NCBI GenBank assembly: GCA_900316265.1 | Contig: ONCH01000005.1 | Span: 31,437 to 95,436 of the forward strand | Reading direction: 5' to 3' | DNA length: 64,000 nt | Origin: an uncultured Prevotellaceae bacterium | Lineage (GTDB): Bacteria; Bacteroidota; Bacteroidia; Bacteroidales; Bacteroidaceae | In this document: positions 38,688-47,417 of the stretch, one piece after another | How the letters are laid out: each line of letters begins with the position of its first letter | How positions within the stretch are numbered: position 1 is the stretch's first letter | Notes under the pieces: model-generated | The model's database searches: none | What the model saw: the letters and a program-made list of their open reading frames with translations, nothing else | Told to the model about the DNA's origin: nothing | Position numbers and translations under genes: made by a program

Positions 38688-39878
38688 ATGGATAAGAAAG
38701 AATTGAGCGTTAGTGAATTTGACTTAAAAACGCATTTTATTGACTATTGGGACGAAGTGGTAAGGCAATGGCTTGAGAATGACGCCGACTATTCAAAATT
38801 TAAGGACCAGGCTAAAGAGCAAAGTCAGATAATAAAAGCCATAAACGACATGTTTGGGGTTAAACCCGAATATAGGCTTAATACGATTCACATGCCAGAG
38901 CCATATTGGGGTGATCCAACCGATTGTTCTATCGTGCTGTTGGACTATAATCCTGCAGGCGGACCGAGAGTAAACCGTCACACTACCATTAGTTGCAAAA
39001 GTTGTACAGGCTGCGAGTCGCTTTCAGATAAAGACAAAGATGTAATCCCTTCAATGACATTCATAAAATATGTCGATGAGAAGATAAAAGAAGGTGAACA
39101 AGGATACAGTAGTATAGCATTAACTGGTCCTGTGTTTAAAGCAAAGAAGGGCCTTGACTGGTTTTGGGATGAAGATAATGGTTATGAAGGTTACGGTTGG
39201 TGGCAGCAGAAATGTGGTTGGCTAGACCATCTTGTGGAAGTTATTTGTGGTAAGGAAGGAAATGAAGAAAAGTTGCCATTTGCAATGGAACTTTGTGGAT
39301 GGCATTCGCAGAAATGGAATAACGACATGAGTTGGATCGATAACGGTCAATGCCGAACTATTATTAACAACAGGTCCATTCTGCCATTGTTTGCTGCTAT
39401 GAGAGAAAGTTCGTGTAAGATGGCTGTATGTATAGGTGCTGAATTTAGGATCGATTGGCTGGAGCAGTTCTTCAAGAATAAAATCAAAGATGTAACAAAA
39501 GCATTGAGTGATAAAATCATGGAAAACGTCGAGCTTAAAAAGAGTCACGATATCGTTGATAAAGATGGGAAAGTGATATTCGCAGACCTTACCTATACGG
39601 TAAAGTACGACGGGAAAGAGAATATACATGTTGATGCAAAATGGAATGTTATCAAAAAGAAGGGAAAAGGCCCTGCTGATCCCGTGAATAGGAATTACCG
39701 TGTTTTTAAAATTACAGAGGGCAATGAGAGTTACTATCTACTCAACACCAATTACAGAGGAAGCAATGGCCATCCTGCTGAGCATTTTTGGAAGTTTGAG
39801 GAATTACTAATTAATGAGATAAAGAATTTAGATAAACCATGCAAGACTGGAGTAAATATATTGAAAGGCCGATCGTAG
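38688..39878 (+). CDS. Low-GC hypothetical protein, possible UDG-fold DNA glycosylase
   Basis: Has its own TAtcTTTG promoter (~38653); motifs PEPYWGDP, VLLDYNPAG and ELCGWHS. Confidence 0.6.
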   Translation: MDKKELSVSEFDLKTHFIDYWDEVVRQWLENDADYSKFKDQAKEQSQIIKAINDMFGVKPEYRLNTIHMPEPYWGDPTDCSIVLLDYNPAGGPRVNRHTTISCKSCTGCESLSDKDKDVIPSMTFIKYVDEKIKEGEQGYSSIALTGPVFKAKKGLDWFWDEDNGYEGYGWWQQKCGWLDHLVEVICGKEGNEEKLPFAMELCGWHSQKWNNDMSWIDNGQCRTIINNRSILPLFAAMRESSCKMAVCIGAEFRIDWLEQFFKNKIKDVTKALSDKIMENVELKKSHDIVDKDGKVIFADLTYTVKYDGKENIHVDAKWNVIKKKGKGPADPVNRNYRVFKITEGNESYYLLNTNYRGSNGHPAEHFWKFEELLINEIKNLDKPCKTGVNILKGRS

Positions 39879-40108
39879 AGGTGCTGCCAGAACTGGAAGC
39901 AGAGGGCTATCGGGTGACGAGTGATGAGTGTGTCATCTTCGGACAGCGGAACATCGACATTGAAAAAGGAGATGTGGTTGCTGAAATCGTGTGCGTGCCA
40001 TACGACTACGAGGAGTATCAAGAAGGCAACATCGCACCAGAAGATGCCGACTGGTGGGTGGATGATGTATTTGAAAACGGAGAATCGTATCAAGAAACCG
40101 TTTGGTAA
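39839..40108 (+). CDS. Small acidic hypothetical protein (89 aa)
   Basis: Very D/E-rich ORF; its stop abuts element copy 3 and it overlaps the upstream ORF by 40 nt. Confidence 0.6.
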   Translation: MQDWSKYIERPIVEVLPELEAEGYRVTSDECVIFGQRNIDIEKGDVVAEIVCVPYDYEEYQEGNIAPEDADWWVDDVFENGESYQETVW

Positions 40109-40109
40109 A

Positions 40110-40157
40110 AAAGTTGCCCTGATTTTTGAATTTTTCTCCGAATGTTCCTATATTATC
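40110..40157 (+). repeat. 48-bp conserved element, copy 3 (most diverged)
   Basis: AAAGTTGCCCTGATTTTTGAATTTTTCTCCGAATGTTCCTATATTATC. Confidence 0.9.
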
Positions 40158-40184
40158 TTCGCAAACCAATAAAAACGAAGAAAT

Positions 40185-41057
40185 ATGAAACAAAGTTTGG
40201 ATGAAATCCTTGAGGAAATTGGCCGTTCATCGTTACTAAGTATCGACGAAGAGAGAGCTCTTTGTAAAGCTGTGCAGGAAAAGGGCATAGACAGCGATGA
40301 GATGAAGCAACTGGAAAAGGCTAACATGCGATTCATTGTCAGCGTGGCGGCACAGTATCAGAAGCGCGGACTGACACTCGAGGAACTGATTGAGGCTGGA
40401 ACGGAAGGACTGAGAAAGGCTGCAATGAAGTATGATACCTCTCGTTGCTTCAAGTTCATTGTTTATGCCGTCTGGTGGATTCGCCAATCGATACTTCAGG
40501 CTATTAAAGAAAAGGAAAAATGTGATGAGGAACAGGCTTCCAGTATCGATGATCCCGCCATTCTGCAAGAGCTGTGTGACAAAGGTAACAAGTATGCAGC
40601 CTACGAACTTTACCGCAAATGCATGTATGGTGATGAGGAGAATGGTATCTTCATCAACAAACGAGAGGCAAAGCATTATTTTGACCTTGCTGGTGATGTT
40701 CCGCAGCAATATGAAGAAGAGTGGGACGATGTCGATGACCCAGGTGAAGAGTACCCAGAGGAATTCTGCTATACACTCACAGGTAATGCCGAAACGCTTG
40801 GTGCCGTGGAGACGCTCATTAACGACCTCTGCCAGCAGTTTGGCACTCCTGGTAATGAACTGGGACTCTATGTGCCCCAACAGATGCTGATGAAACTGCT
40901 CGTAGGTTCGGATTCCATCTACTATCGTGGCAATGTGATTAGTATGGAACGTCAAGCTCCTGACACGCTTGTCATCACTACTGAAGCAGACAAGGGCGAG
41001 CCTCTGCTCTATGCCATGCGCGAGTGCTTCGAGAATTTGAATGTTGAAATGAAATAA
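40185..41057 (+). CDS. Truncated sigma70 (regions 1.2-2) fused to a Sel1-like repeat and an acidic C-terminal domain
   Basis: LEEIGR..ANMRFIVSVAAQYQKRGLTLEELIEAGTEGL..KFIVYAVWWIRQSILQA matches RpoD regions 1.2/2; no region-4 HTH follows. Confidence 0.75.
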   Translation: MKQSLDEILEEIGRSSLLSIDEERALCKAVQEKGIDSDEMKQLEKANMRFIVSVAAQYQKRGLTLEELIEAGTEGLRKAAMKYDTSRCFKFIVYAVWWIRQSILQAIKEKEKCDEEQASSIDDPAILQELCDKGNKYAAYELYRKCMYGDEENGIFINKREAKHYFDLAGDVPQQYEEEWDDVDDPGEEYPEEFCYTLTGNAETLGAVETLINDLCQQFGTPGNELGLYVPQQMLMKLLVGSDSIYYRGNVISMERQAPDTLVITTEADKGEPLLYAMRECFENLNVEMK

Positions 41058-41115
41058 TAACACCAGACTAACAGAACCAGTCGTAGAAAGTTCTATTTAG
41101 AACCGGAGGCTGGCT

Positions 41116-41164
41116 GGCATCCTTCTAATCCTGTAGTAGAAAGGTCTTGGGATGCCGTTTTTTT
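41116..41164 (+). terminator. Hairpin GGCATCC..GGATGCC plus U tract after the sigma-fusion gene
   Basis: Read directly from the sequence. Confidence 0.55.
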
Positions 41165-41178
41165 ATTACCATGAAAAT

Positions 41179-41226
41179 AAAGTTGCCCTGTTTTTTGAAT
41201 TTTTTCGTGAATGTGTCTATATTATG
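41179..41226 (+). repeat. 48-bp conserved element, copy 4
   Basis: AAAGTTGCCCTGTTTTTTGAATTTTTTCGTGAATGTGTCTATATTATG. Confidence 0.95.
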
Positions 41227-41251
41227 AACATAACGATTTAAAATTCAAAAT

Positions 41252-42901
41252 ATGGCAACAACAATTAGCAAGAAAAACAAGGAGATGACACTGCTACAGG
41301 CCATTGAGCATGTGGTAGAACTGGCAGAGGACTCGAAGTTGAGCAAGGAGTTCATGAAGAAGGCCAAGACTGAGATTCAGTTGCTGGCCAAGAGCTATGG
41401 TGTCACGGAGAAACAGGCTGTGCTGTTCTGTGTCTGTATGGAGAAAGGTCCTCGACGTGTAGACTATGACGATTTGGCATCGTATCTGGACCTGAATAAG
41501 ATTGGTGTGCTCAGTTATGCCAGCGACATCGATGCACTGGTGCGTCGCAGACTGTTGCGCTATCGTGATGTGAAGGATGAGGACGACTTCGACATTCCGA
41601 CAATTGTCATCCGCTGTCTGAAACACAACGAGGTGTATCAGTTGCCCAAGCGTACAGGACTGGACTGTAACGAACTGTTTGAACTGCTGGATATGTGGTT
41701 TGAGGATTTGGATGATAACGCCATCTCGCCCAAGGAACTGCGTGAGGAACTGGAGACGCTCTTCAATGACAATCCGCAGATAGGTTTCGTACGTCATCTG
41801 AAGGAGTACTATCTGAGAGACGACGACCAGTTGCTGGTGACGTTCTTCTGTCATTGTCTGATCAACAAGGACGATGATGACATCCGCTTTAGCCAGATGG
41901 AGGATTTGTATGATAGCAAGAACGAATTCAGCAAGGCGAAGAGCAACCTGCGTAGTGGAGAGCACCAGTTGATGGAGAAGAAACTGATAGAGTATCGTTG
42001 TGAAGACGGCATTGCGGACAATACACGCTATAAACTGACGGAGAGTGCCAAACGGACGTTGTTGGCAGAGATGAAGATCAATACGTCGACAGAAAAACTG
42101 GCAGATGTCATAGACCCGAAGACGCTGAGTGAAAAGCAATTGTTCTTCCCGAAGGATATTCAGCGACAGGTGGAGGAGCTGGGACGTTTTCTCCAGCCAG
42201 AGAACTTCCAGAAGATTCAGGAACGCATGAAGGAGAAGGGATTCCGCAATGGTTTTGCTTGCCTGTTTTATGGCGGTCCAGGCACTGGTAAGACGGAGAC
42301 CGTCTATCAGTTGGCACGCCAGACTGGGCGTAGCATCATGGTTGTGGATGTACCACGTATCAAGAGCAAGTGGGTAGGAGAGAGCGAGAAAAACATCAAA
42401 GCCCTCTTCGACCGCTACCGCGAACAGGTGAAACGAGCCAAGGTGACGCCCATCCTGCTTTTCAACGAGGCTGATGCCATTATCGGCATCCGTAAGAACG
42501 GTGCACAGAGCGCTGTCGACAAGATGGAGAACTCGCTGCAGAACATCATCCTTCAGGAGATGGAAACACTCGATGGCATCATGATTGCCACCACCAATCT
42601 GCAACAGAACCTGGATTCTGCTTTTGAGCGTCGCTTCCTCTATAAGATCAAGTTCGAAAAGCCGACGGAAGAGGCTCGAGTACATATATGGCACGAGATG
42701 ATCCCAGATTTGAGCACTATGGATGTACAGACATTGGCATCGAAATATGACTTCAGTGGCGGTCAGATAGAGAATATTGCCCGACACTATATGATTGACA
42801 GTATCTTGCATGACAAGAGTGACGATGCGTTGTCGATGCTGATTGCTCACTGCGACCATGAACGAATCGATGAGAAAACATCGCGGAAGATAGGTTTCTG
42901 A
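41252..42901 (+). CDS. AAA+ ATPase with a long helical/winged-helix-like N-terminus
   Basis: Walker A GGPGTGKT, SKWVGESEKN, Walker B variant LLFNEAD, ATTN, LDSAFERRF and FSGGQIEN. Confidence 0.85.
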   Translation: MATTISKKNKEMTLLQAIEHVVELAEDSKLSKEFMKKAKTEIQLLAKSYGVTEKQAVLFCVCMEKGPRRVDYDDLASYLDLNKIGVLSYASDIDALVRRRLLRYRDVKDEDDFDIPTIVIRCLKHNEVYQLPKRTGLDCNELFELLDMWFEDLDDNAISPKELREELETLFNDNPQIGFVRHLKEYYLRDDDQLLVTFFCHCLINKDDDDIRFSQMEDLYDSKNEFSKAKSNLRSGEHQLMEKKLIEYRCEDGIADNTRYKLTESAKRTLLAEMKINTSTEKLADVIDPKTLSEKQLFFPKDIQRQVEELGRFLQPENFQKIQERMKEKGFRNGFACLFYGGPGTGKTETVYQLARQTGRSIMVVDVPRIKSKWVGESEKNIKALFDRYREQVKRAKVTPILLFNEADAIIGIRKNGAQSAVDKMENSLQNIILQEMETLDGIMIATTNLQQNLDSAFERRFLYKIKFEKPTEEARVHIWHEMIPDLSTMDVQTLASKYDFSGGQIENIARHYMIDSILHDKSDDALSMLIAHCDHERIDEKTSRKIGF

Positions 42902-43014
42902 CAATCAGGGAGGTTTGCAGAGCAAGCGAAATTGCAAAATATAGGCTATTTATTTTGCTGTTCGCTTGTTTTTTCGTAATTTTGCAGGTCGAAAACGAAT
43001 AAATATATAAAATA

Positions 43015-44787
43015 ATGTATAGGACAAAGACATGTGGTGAGCTGAGACTCACCGATGCTGGTCAGCAGGTAACGCTGGCCGGATGGGTTCAGAAGACCCG
43101 TAAGATGGGTGGTATGACGTTCGTCGACCTGCGCGACCGCTATGGTATTACACAGCTGGTATTTAACGAGTCGAAGGATGCTGCCCTGTGTGAACAGGCT
43201 AACAAGCTGGGTCGTGAGTGGTGTATCCAGGTGACTGGTACGGTCAGTGAACGTCAGGCTAAGAACCCCAAGATGGAGACGGGTGACATTGAGATTCTGG
43301 CTGAGAAGCTGAATGTGCTGAGCGAGAGTGTGACGCCTCCCTTCACCATTGAGGACAATACCGATGGTGGCGACGATATCCGTATGAAGTATCGCTATCT
43401 GGACCTGCGCCGTAGCTGTGTTCGTAAGAATCTGGAACTGCGTCACCGCATGACCATCCTGATTCGTAACTTCCTGGACAACCTGAACTTCATCGAGGTG
43501 GAGACACCTATTCTGATTGGTTCGACTCCTGAGGGTGCCCGCGACTTCGTGGTTCCTTCACGCATGAATCCTGGTCAGTTCTATGCACTGCCCCAGAGTC
43601 CACAGACGCTGAAGCAGTTGCTGATGGTCAGTGGTTTCGACCGTTACTTCCAGATTGCCAAGTGTTTCCGCGACGAGGACCTGCGTGCTGACCGTCAGCC
43701 TGAGTTCACGCAGATTGACTGCGAGATGTCGTTTGCCGATCAGGAGGATGTGCTGAACATCTTCGAGGACCTGGCACGTCACTTGTTCAAGGAGGTGCGT
43801 GGTGTAGAGCTGCCTAAGCTGGAGCGCATGACATGGCACGAGGCTATGCGTCGTTTCGGTTCTGACAAGCCCGACCTGCGCTTTGGTATGGAGTTCGTAG
43901 AGCTGATGGACGTGCTGAAGGGTACGGGCGAGTTCCCTGTATTCAACGAGGCTGAATATATTGGTGGTATTGTGGTTCCTGGTTGTGCTGAATATACTCG
44001 TAAGCAACTTGACCAGTTGACAGATTTCGTAAAGCGTCCGCAGGTAGGTGCCAAGGGTCTGGTATATGTGAAGTTCAATGCAGATGGTACTGTGAAGTCG
44101 TCTATCGATAAGTTCTACCAGCCAGAGGTTTGGCAGAAACTGAAGGAGAAGACGGGTGCCAAGGATGGCGACCTTGTACTGATTCTCAGTGGTGACAAGG
44201 CTAACAAGACACGCACCCAGCTCTGCACACTGCGTCTGGAGATGGGCGACCGTCTGGGTCTGCGCGACAAGGATACCTTCAAGTGCTTGTGGATTGTGGA
44301 CTTCCCCTTGTTCGAGTGGAGCGACGAGGAACAGCGCCTGATGGCTACTCACCATCCGTTCACACTGCCTAATCCCGACGATATCCCCTTGCTGGAGACC
44401 GCTCCAGAAAAGGTACGTGCGGTGGCCTACGACTTCGTCTGCAACGGTATTGAGGTCGGCGGTGGTTCACTGCGTATCCACGATGGCAAGCTGCAAGAGA
44501 AGATGTTCCAGATTCTGGGCTTTACCCCCGAGCGCGCAATGGCACAGTTCGGCTTCTTGATTAATGCCTTCAAGTATGGAGCACCCCCTCACGCTGGTCT
44601 CGCCTTCGGACTTGATCGCTTTGTCAGTATCATGGCTGGTCTGGATTCTATCCGCGACTGCATCGCCTTCCCGAAGAACAATTCTGGTCGTGACGTGATG
44701 CTTGATGCTCCAGGTGAACTCGACCCCAAACAGTTGGAAGAACTTCAACTGAAGGTGGAGCTGCAAACTGAGGATACAGAAAACTAA
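43015..44787 (+). CDS. aspS: Aspartate--tRNA ligase
   Basis: [46 protein letters not shown] and [14 protein letters not shown]. Confidence 0.97.
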   Translation: MYRTKTCGELRLTDAGQQVTLAGWVQKTRKMGGMTFVDLRDRYGITQLVFNESKDAALCEQANKLGREWCIQVTGTVSERQAKNPKMETGDIEILAEKLNVLSESVTPPFTIEDNTDGGDDIRMKYRYLDLRRSCVRKNLELRHRMTILIRNFLDNLNFIEVETPILIGSTPEGARDFVVPSRMNPGQFYALPQSPQTLKQLLMVSGFDRYFQIAKCFRDEDLRADRQPEFTQIDCEMSFADQEDVLNIFEDLARHLFKEVRGVELPKLERMTWHEAMRRFGSDKPDLRFGMEFVELMDVLKGTGEFPVFNEAEYIGGIVVPGCAEYTRKQLDQLTDFVKRPQVGAKGLVYVKFNADGTVKSSIDKFYQPEVWQKLKEKTGAKDGDLVLILSGDKANKTRTQLCTLRLEMGDRLGLRDKDTFKCLWIVDFPLFEWSDEEQRLMATHHPFTLPNPDDIPLLETAPEKVRAVAYDFVCNGIEVGGGSLRIHDGKLQEKMFQILGFTPERAMAQFGFLINAFKYGAPPHAGLAFGLDRFVSIMAGLDSIRDCIAFPKNNSGRDVMLDAPGELDPKQLEELQLKVELQTEDTEN

Positions 44788-44944
44788 TTTCTGTCAAAAT
44801 AGTTTTGAGCCACTTGACGTAGGTCAAGAATTGAACGAATTATTCTTAAAAATAGTTGTTAAGTAGACAATTAATAGGGAAAAGTAGTTAATTTTGCACC
44901 GCAAAGATAGGAAACTATTTAAGCGTATTAATTTTATAACAATT

Positions 44945-45250
44945 ATGGCAGAAAAGAAGACTACAAAGAAGGCCGCTGCTCCCAAGGCTGAGGAGCCCAA
45001 GAAGGCCGCAGTTAAGAAGGCTGCTGCTCCTAAGAAGGCAGTAAAGGCAGCTTTCACAGTAAACGCTGAGAACGCAGGTTTCAAAGCTGGTGATGTTTAT
45101 CAGGCACTGGCTGCTGCTGAGAAGGCACTGACTGTTAAGGAAATCGCTAAGGCTGCAAAGATCAGCGAAGAGGAAACTCTGCTGGGTCTGGGCTGGCTCT
45201 TCAAGGAGGGCAAGCTGGCTGCTGCTGACGAGAAGATTACACTTGCTTAA
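44945..45250 (+). CDS. DUF2582-like winged-helix protein with a Lys/Ala-rich (histone H1-like) N-terminus
   Basis: KKAAAPK repeats followed by AGDVYQAL..LGLGWLFKEGK. Confidence 0.75.
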   Translation: MAEKKTTKKAAAPKAEEPKKAAVKKAAAPKKAVKAAFTVNAENAGFKAGDVYQALAAAEKALTVKEIAKAAKISEEETLLGLGWLFKEGKLAAADEKITLA

Positions 45251-45273
45251 TCAATTAGAAGAAAGCATAAAAG

Positions 45274-45309
45274 GGCTGGAAGCTGCAAAAGGCTTGCCAG
45301 CCTTTTTTT
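45274..45309 (+). terminator. Intrinsic terminator
   Basis: GGCTGG..AAGC/GCTT..CCAGCC stem followed by a T tract. Confidence 0.75.
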
Positions 45310-45365
45310 AGATTAAAAATGAAAGATTAAAGATGAAAGATGATAATCTTGAACTTTAATTTTTA

Positions 45366-45713
45366 ATGACGTACGACCAACAGATACTGAAGATACTCAC
45401 CGAGGCTGGTGAACGAGGTATAAGCGTGCAGAATATCAGTAGGCACGTTTATAACCTGAACTGTACCTTTTTCCATCAGCCAGACTATGAAGAGGTGCGT
45501 AGTTACGTGCAGCAGTATCTGTTGAAGAATTCCAAGTCGCAACAGTCGCTTATCGAGAGTACAGGACAGCGTGGCTGTTACCGTCTGAACACAACGGGGT
45601 CGAAGGATGCACAACAGTTGATGCTTCTGTTTCGTGACGAAACAGTTGTTAGCGACGAACCATCAACGTTGCAGGAAGACATGTCGCTCGACCTATTTGA
45701 TGGAATGATATAA
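45366..45713 (+). CDS. Hypothetical protein (winged-helix-like)
   Basis: ILKILTEAGERGISV..HVYN..GCYRLN; coding-like ORF. Confidence 0.7.
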   Translation: MTYDQQILKILTEAGERGISVQNISRHVYNLNCTFFHQPDYEEVRSYVQQYLLKNSKSQQSLIESTGQRGCYRLNTTGSKDAQQLMLLFRDETVVSDEPSTLQEDMSLDLFDGMI

Positions 45714-46799
45714 CTGATACAGTTGTTCGGCTGTCTGGCGCCACGAGAAGAGTTTGGCGCGTTCCAATCCCACCGCTTTTTGTTGTTCATAGAATGCTTG
45801 GTCTGTTTCCAGGCGTAGCATCATTTGTGTTATCTCATCGCTATTTTCTGGATTGACGAGAATAGCATCCTTGCCGCCAATCTCAGGCATCGACGACGTG
45901 TTGCTGGTGATGACGGGAGTACCGCAGGCCATTGCCTCCAACAGGGGGATGCCGAAACTCTCACGGAGTGAGGTGTAGAGGAAGGCAAAGGCGTTATTAT
46001 AAATCTTGGGCAGTTCGCTATTGAGAATGTATCCAGGCATATCGAGCATGGGCAGGATATTCTCGATGTGGTTACGACTGACAATGTCGTTGAGATAGTT
46101 CCTGTCGAGGTCGGCCATCAGCAGGCGACGTTTGATTGCAGACTGCTCCAAGTATTTAGAATAGGCCACCAGCGTACGCTCTGTATTCTTTTTGGGGTCA
46201 GTGTTGCCGAGGAAGAAGAAGTAACCCGCCCCCAGCCCCTCCCGAAGGGGAGGAAAGCTAAGCGGCTGGAACCAGTCGTTGTAGCCGTTGTATATCATGG
46301 CCATGCGCTCTTCAGCGATGCCGAGTTTGCGTATGATGTTGTCTTTCTCGAAGTTGGAGACGGTAATAATACGACGGCATTTCGGCAGAATGCGTGGTAC
46401 CACCAGTCGGCGATAGAACCATCCCAGATTCTGATATAGCGATTTGTTGTTTTTGTCGCGAGGCTCCAGAAAGATAATGTCATGGAGTGTGAGTACCAGG
46501 GGAATATCACACCAGATAGGTGCCGTGTTACTGGTGCAATGGAGTAGTTCTACCCCATATTTCTTGGCAGCACGAGGCAGGGCCCACTGTTCCCAGAGCG
46601 GGTAGGAGGGACAATGCAACTCAATGACGTGCACGTTGGCAGAGTCTTGTACACAACGGTCCTCGCCAGGCTTGACGAAGACGAAGTACTCGTCGTCGGT
46701 CTGCATCTGTTGCAGTTCCTTGATTTCCTGTAAGACGACATAGTCCATGCCGTGCTTGTTCTTGCGGAAAATGCGCTGAGCCTCGATACCTATTTTCAT
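45693..46799 (-). CDS. Glycosyltransferase family 4
   Basis: MKIGI, TLHD and ESFGIPLLEAMACGTPV. Confidence 0.9.
   Translation of the reverse strand: MKIGIEAQRIFRKNKHGMDYVVLQEIKELQQMQTDDEYFVFVKPGEDRCVQDSANVHVIELHCPSYPLWEQWALPRAAKKYGVELLHCTSNTAPIWCDIPLVLTLHDIIFLEPRDKNNKSLYQNLGWFYRRLVVPRILPKCRRIITVSNFEKDNIIRKLGIAEERMAMIYNGYNDWFQPLSFPPLREGLGAGYFFFLGNTDPKKNTERTLVAYSKYLEQSAIKRRLLMADLDRNYLNDIVSRNHIENILPMLDMPGYILNSELPKIYNNAFAFLYTSLRESFGIPLLEAMACGTPVITSNTSSMPEIGGKDAILVNPENSDEITQMMLRLETDQAFYEQQKAVGLERAKLFSWRQTAEQLYQLYHSIK
46223..46253 (-). repeat. REP-like palindrome in frame in the GT4 gene
   Basis: AACCCGCCCCCAGCCCCTCCCGAAGGGGAGG, translated on the coding strand as PPLREGLGAG. Confidence 0.75.
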
Positions 46800-46811
46800 A
46801 GTGGTGAGTGG

Positions 46812-47417
46812 TTAGAGGTGAGAGGTGAGTGGTTTGATAACTTTCGCTGGAACGCCACCAACAACGGTGTTGTCGGGTACGTCTTTGGTGACGACGGCCC
46901 CTGCTGCTACCACACAATGCCGACCGATAGTTACACCTGGAAGGATGACGGCATTAGCACCAATCCATACATCGTCACCAATGACCACTGGTTGGGTGCT
47001 GACACCCTGTTCGTCGATGCGTTTCGTGGTGTCTTCGAAGTTGTGGTTGAGGGCTGTAACCGTGATGCCTTGTGCCAGATTGACGTGATTGCCAATGCAG
47101 ACAGGACCAATGACTGTGCAGTGAATACCGATGCGAGTGTAGTCGCCAATGGTGACATCGCCAACAGCATTGTTGATGCAACAATACGACTCGATAACGC
47201 TACGCCTGCCTAACCAGAAGCGACGATAGGGTGGTGTGTCCAGGCGGACGCTCCAGTATATCTTTGAATGACTGCCGCGATGCTGATAGAATGGTGCCAA
47301 CAGGCGGATATACCATCGTGGACGGGCGTCGCGCTGGTTCATGATGAGGTAGTCCAAAAATCTTTTCACTCTTGGACTCGACTTCAGTCCCTCTCGTAGT
47401 TGCTCTTTGTCTTTCAT
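46812..47417 (-). CDS. Hexapeptide-repeat acyltransferase
   Basis: [32 protein letters not shown]. Confidence 0.9.
   Translation of the reverse strand: MKDKEQLREGLKSSPRVKRFLDYLIMNQRDARPRWYIRLLAPFYQHRGSHSKIYWSVRLDTPPYRRFWLGRRSVIESYCCINNAVGDVTIGDYTRIGIHCTVIGPVCIGNHVNLAQGITVTALNHNFEDTTKRIDEQGVSTQPVVIGDDVWIGANAVILPGVTIGRHCVVAAGAVVTKDVPDNTVVGGVPAKVIKPLTSHL

Larger units (their letters stand above)
31880..42960. mobile_element. Accessory/defence island between the hsp20 repeat and aspS
   Basis: Primase-helicase, AbiE toxin-antitoxin pair, low-GC ORF, gene remnant and repeat-led genes; no integrase seen and the boundaries are approximate. Confidence 0.5.

Noticed and set aside
37847..41226. Classical integron attC array
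   Set aside because: GTTGCCC does not fit the GTTRRRY core, I could not find a matching RYYYAAC end, and no IntI-like tyrosine recombinase is present. It is kept only as an analogy.
42921..42975. Imperfect inverted repeat after the AAA ATPase as an island attachment site
   Set aside because: I found no matching copy at the left side of the island; it is more simply a terminator-like hairpin next to the aspS promoter.
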